DNA of 47,845 bases from a virus (Duplodnaviria > Caudoviricetes). Below are positions 47,080 through 47,845 of this stretch, in pieces. Position 1 is the first letter of the stretch; every line of letters begins with the position of its first letter. The DNA lies in IMG/VR virus record IMGVR_UViG_3300048574_000460, positions 1 through 47,845 of that record; one strand, given 5' to 3'. The translations under genes were made by a program, and so were the position numbers. The notes under the pieces were generated by a model. It was not told where the DNA came from. It ran no database searches and worked only from the letters and a program-made list of their open reading frames with translations.

Positions 47080-47288
47080 TACTCGTAAATGTTAGTAACA
47101 CCAACTTTTGTGAAAATATCCGCAATTGCTACGGCTTTGGATAGCTTCGGTTCCACTTTACCCTTTAGATAGGAGTTCCATTGGGTACGAGAATTGATTT
47201 CAAGAACCGACATTATCTGTGTCCTTACAGATTCAAGGTGCTGGCGTTGCACTTGATCATACCCTTTTTTAATGCTTAGTTTTTCCAT
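47079..47288 (-). CDS. Cro-like protein
   Basis: 69 aa, first gene divergent from the repressor; SRTQWNSYLKGKVEPK HTH-like segment. Confidence 0.65.
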   Translation of the reverse strand: MEKLSIKKGYDQVQRQHLESVRTQIMSVLEINSRTQWNSYLKGKVEPKLSKAVAIADIFTKVGVTNIYE

Positions 47289-47339
47289 ACTTGATTGAAA
47301 TGACTGATTTTAGCTATTTGTATTTGTTCGTTTTTGGCG

Positions 47340-47422
47340 TACATTTGTTTGTATAAACTGAACAGATGCAAATATAGAGACTTCTCTGCATCAAACAAAT
47401 TTATTGCAGAGTTTTTTCTGCA
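47340..47422. promoter_or_regulatory. Lysis/lysogeny switch: opposed -7 boxes and two 18-bp operators
   Basis: TACATTTG (+, 47340-47347), TATATTTG (-, 47369-47376); palindromes TATAGAGACTTCTCTGCA (47373-47390) and TGCAGAGTTTTTTCTGCA (47405-47422). Confidence 0.7.
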
Positions 47423-47443
47423 CAAAATAGAAATATTTTATAT

Positions 47444-47845
47444 ATGTCAGTAAAACAAAGACTTATAGAATTTATCAAGCACCTTGGAATTAGCCAAAGA
47501 GCATTTGAAAAGGCTGTAGGGCTTTCGAATGGGTATGTGAATAATATCTCCGTATCTATTGGACACGACAAAATGCTCAGCATATCTCTACACTATCCAC
47601 AGCTTAATACTGATTGGTTGATGACTGGACAGGGAGAAATGCTTAATGATGAATATCATCAAGCACAAAAAAAAGAAGAGGTTTTAATGGAGCCCCATTT
47701 TGACTACCAAACAATTGAATCCTTGAGTAAGGCCATAAATAGACTTACCGAAATGTATGATAGGGTTGTTCAGGAAAACGATGAGTTGAGAAACGAACTT
47801 GAAAACCTAAGGAGGGTTGCATCTGCCCAAAAGGTGGGTGCGTAA
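47444..47845 (+). CDS. CI-like XRE repressor
   Basis: VKQRLIEFIKHLGISQRAFEKAVGLSNGYV HTH, LNTDWLMTGQGEM, C-terminal coiled coil; no S24 peptidase domain visible. Confidence 0.88.
   Translation: MSVKQRLIEFIKHLGISQRAFEKAVGLSNGYVNNISVSIGHDKMLSISLHYPQLNTDWLMTGQGEMLNDEYHQAQKKEEVLMEPHFDYQTIESLSKAINRLTEMYDRVVQENDELRNELENLRRVASAQKVGA

Larger units (their letters stand above)
1..47845. mobile_element. Temperate prophage of a probable Bacteroidota host, carrying a DGR
   Basis: Integrase, repressor, primase, protease, capsid, terminase, portal, lysis, tape measure and tail modules are all present. att sites fall outside the window. Confidence 0.95.

Noticed and set aside
1-47845. attL/attR repeats, tRNA or rRNA genes
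   Set aside because: The window starts and ends at gene boundaries; no terminal repeats or tRNA/rRNA-like sequence were recognised.

Overview
The window is a near-complete ~48 kb temperate tailed prophage, most likely siphovirus-like and from a Bacteroidota/Bacteroidales host (inferred from recurring TAnnTTTG -7 promoter boxes). It is trimmed to gene boundaries: integrase at the left end, CI-like repressor at the right end, att sites not visible. Almost everything else is on the minus strand. Right to left: cro/LuxR early genes, a primase-helicase fusion, a diversity-generating retroelement (DGR), an iteron-rich origin, S49 protease, capsid, probable tail tube, MTase, terminase, portal, lysis genes, an AT-rich helicase/PAPS-reductase/ParB cassette, a C4-like antisense-controlled operon, tape measure and tail genes. 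The strongest signal is the DGR: an RT, one template repeat (39590-39672) and two variable repeats carrying adenine-specific substitutions. It has no recognisable avd gene and diversifies two small paralogous early-region proteins rather than a tail fibre. Other signals are a fixed-spacing GTCCTWT-N20-TAnnTTYG late-promoter motif (4-5 copies), a possible donor-strand chain of tail proteins, an A10 +1/-2 frameshift candidate and an attC-like cassette. All product calls come from reading motifs and synteny by eye; no database search was run.
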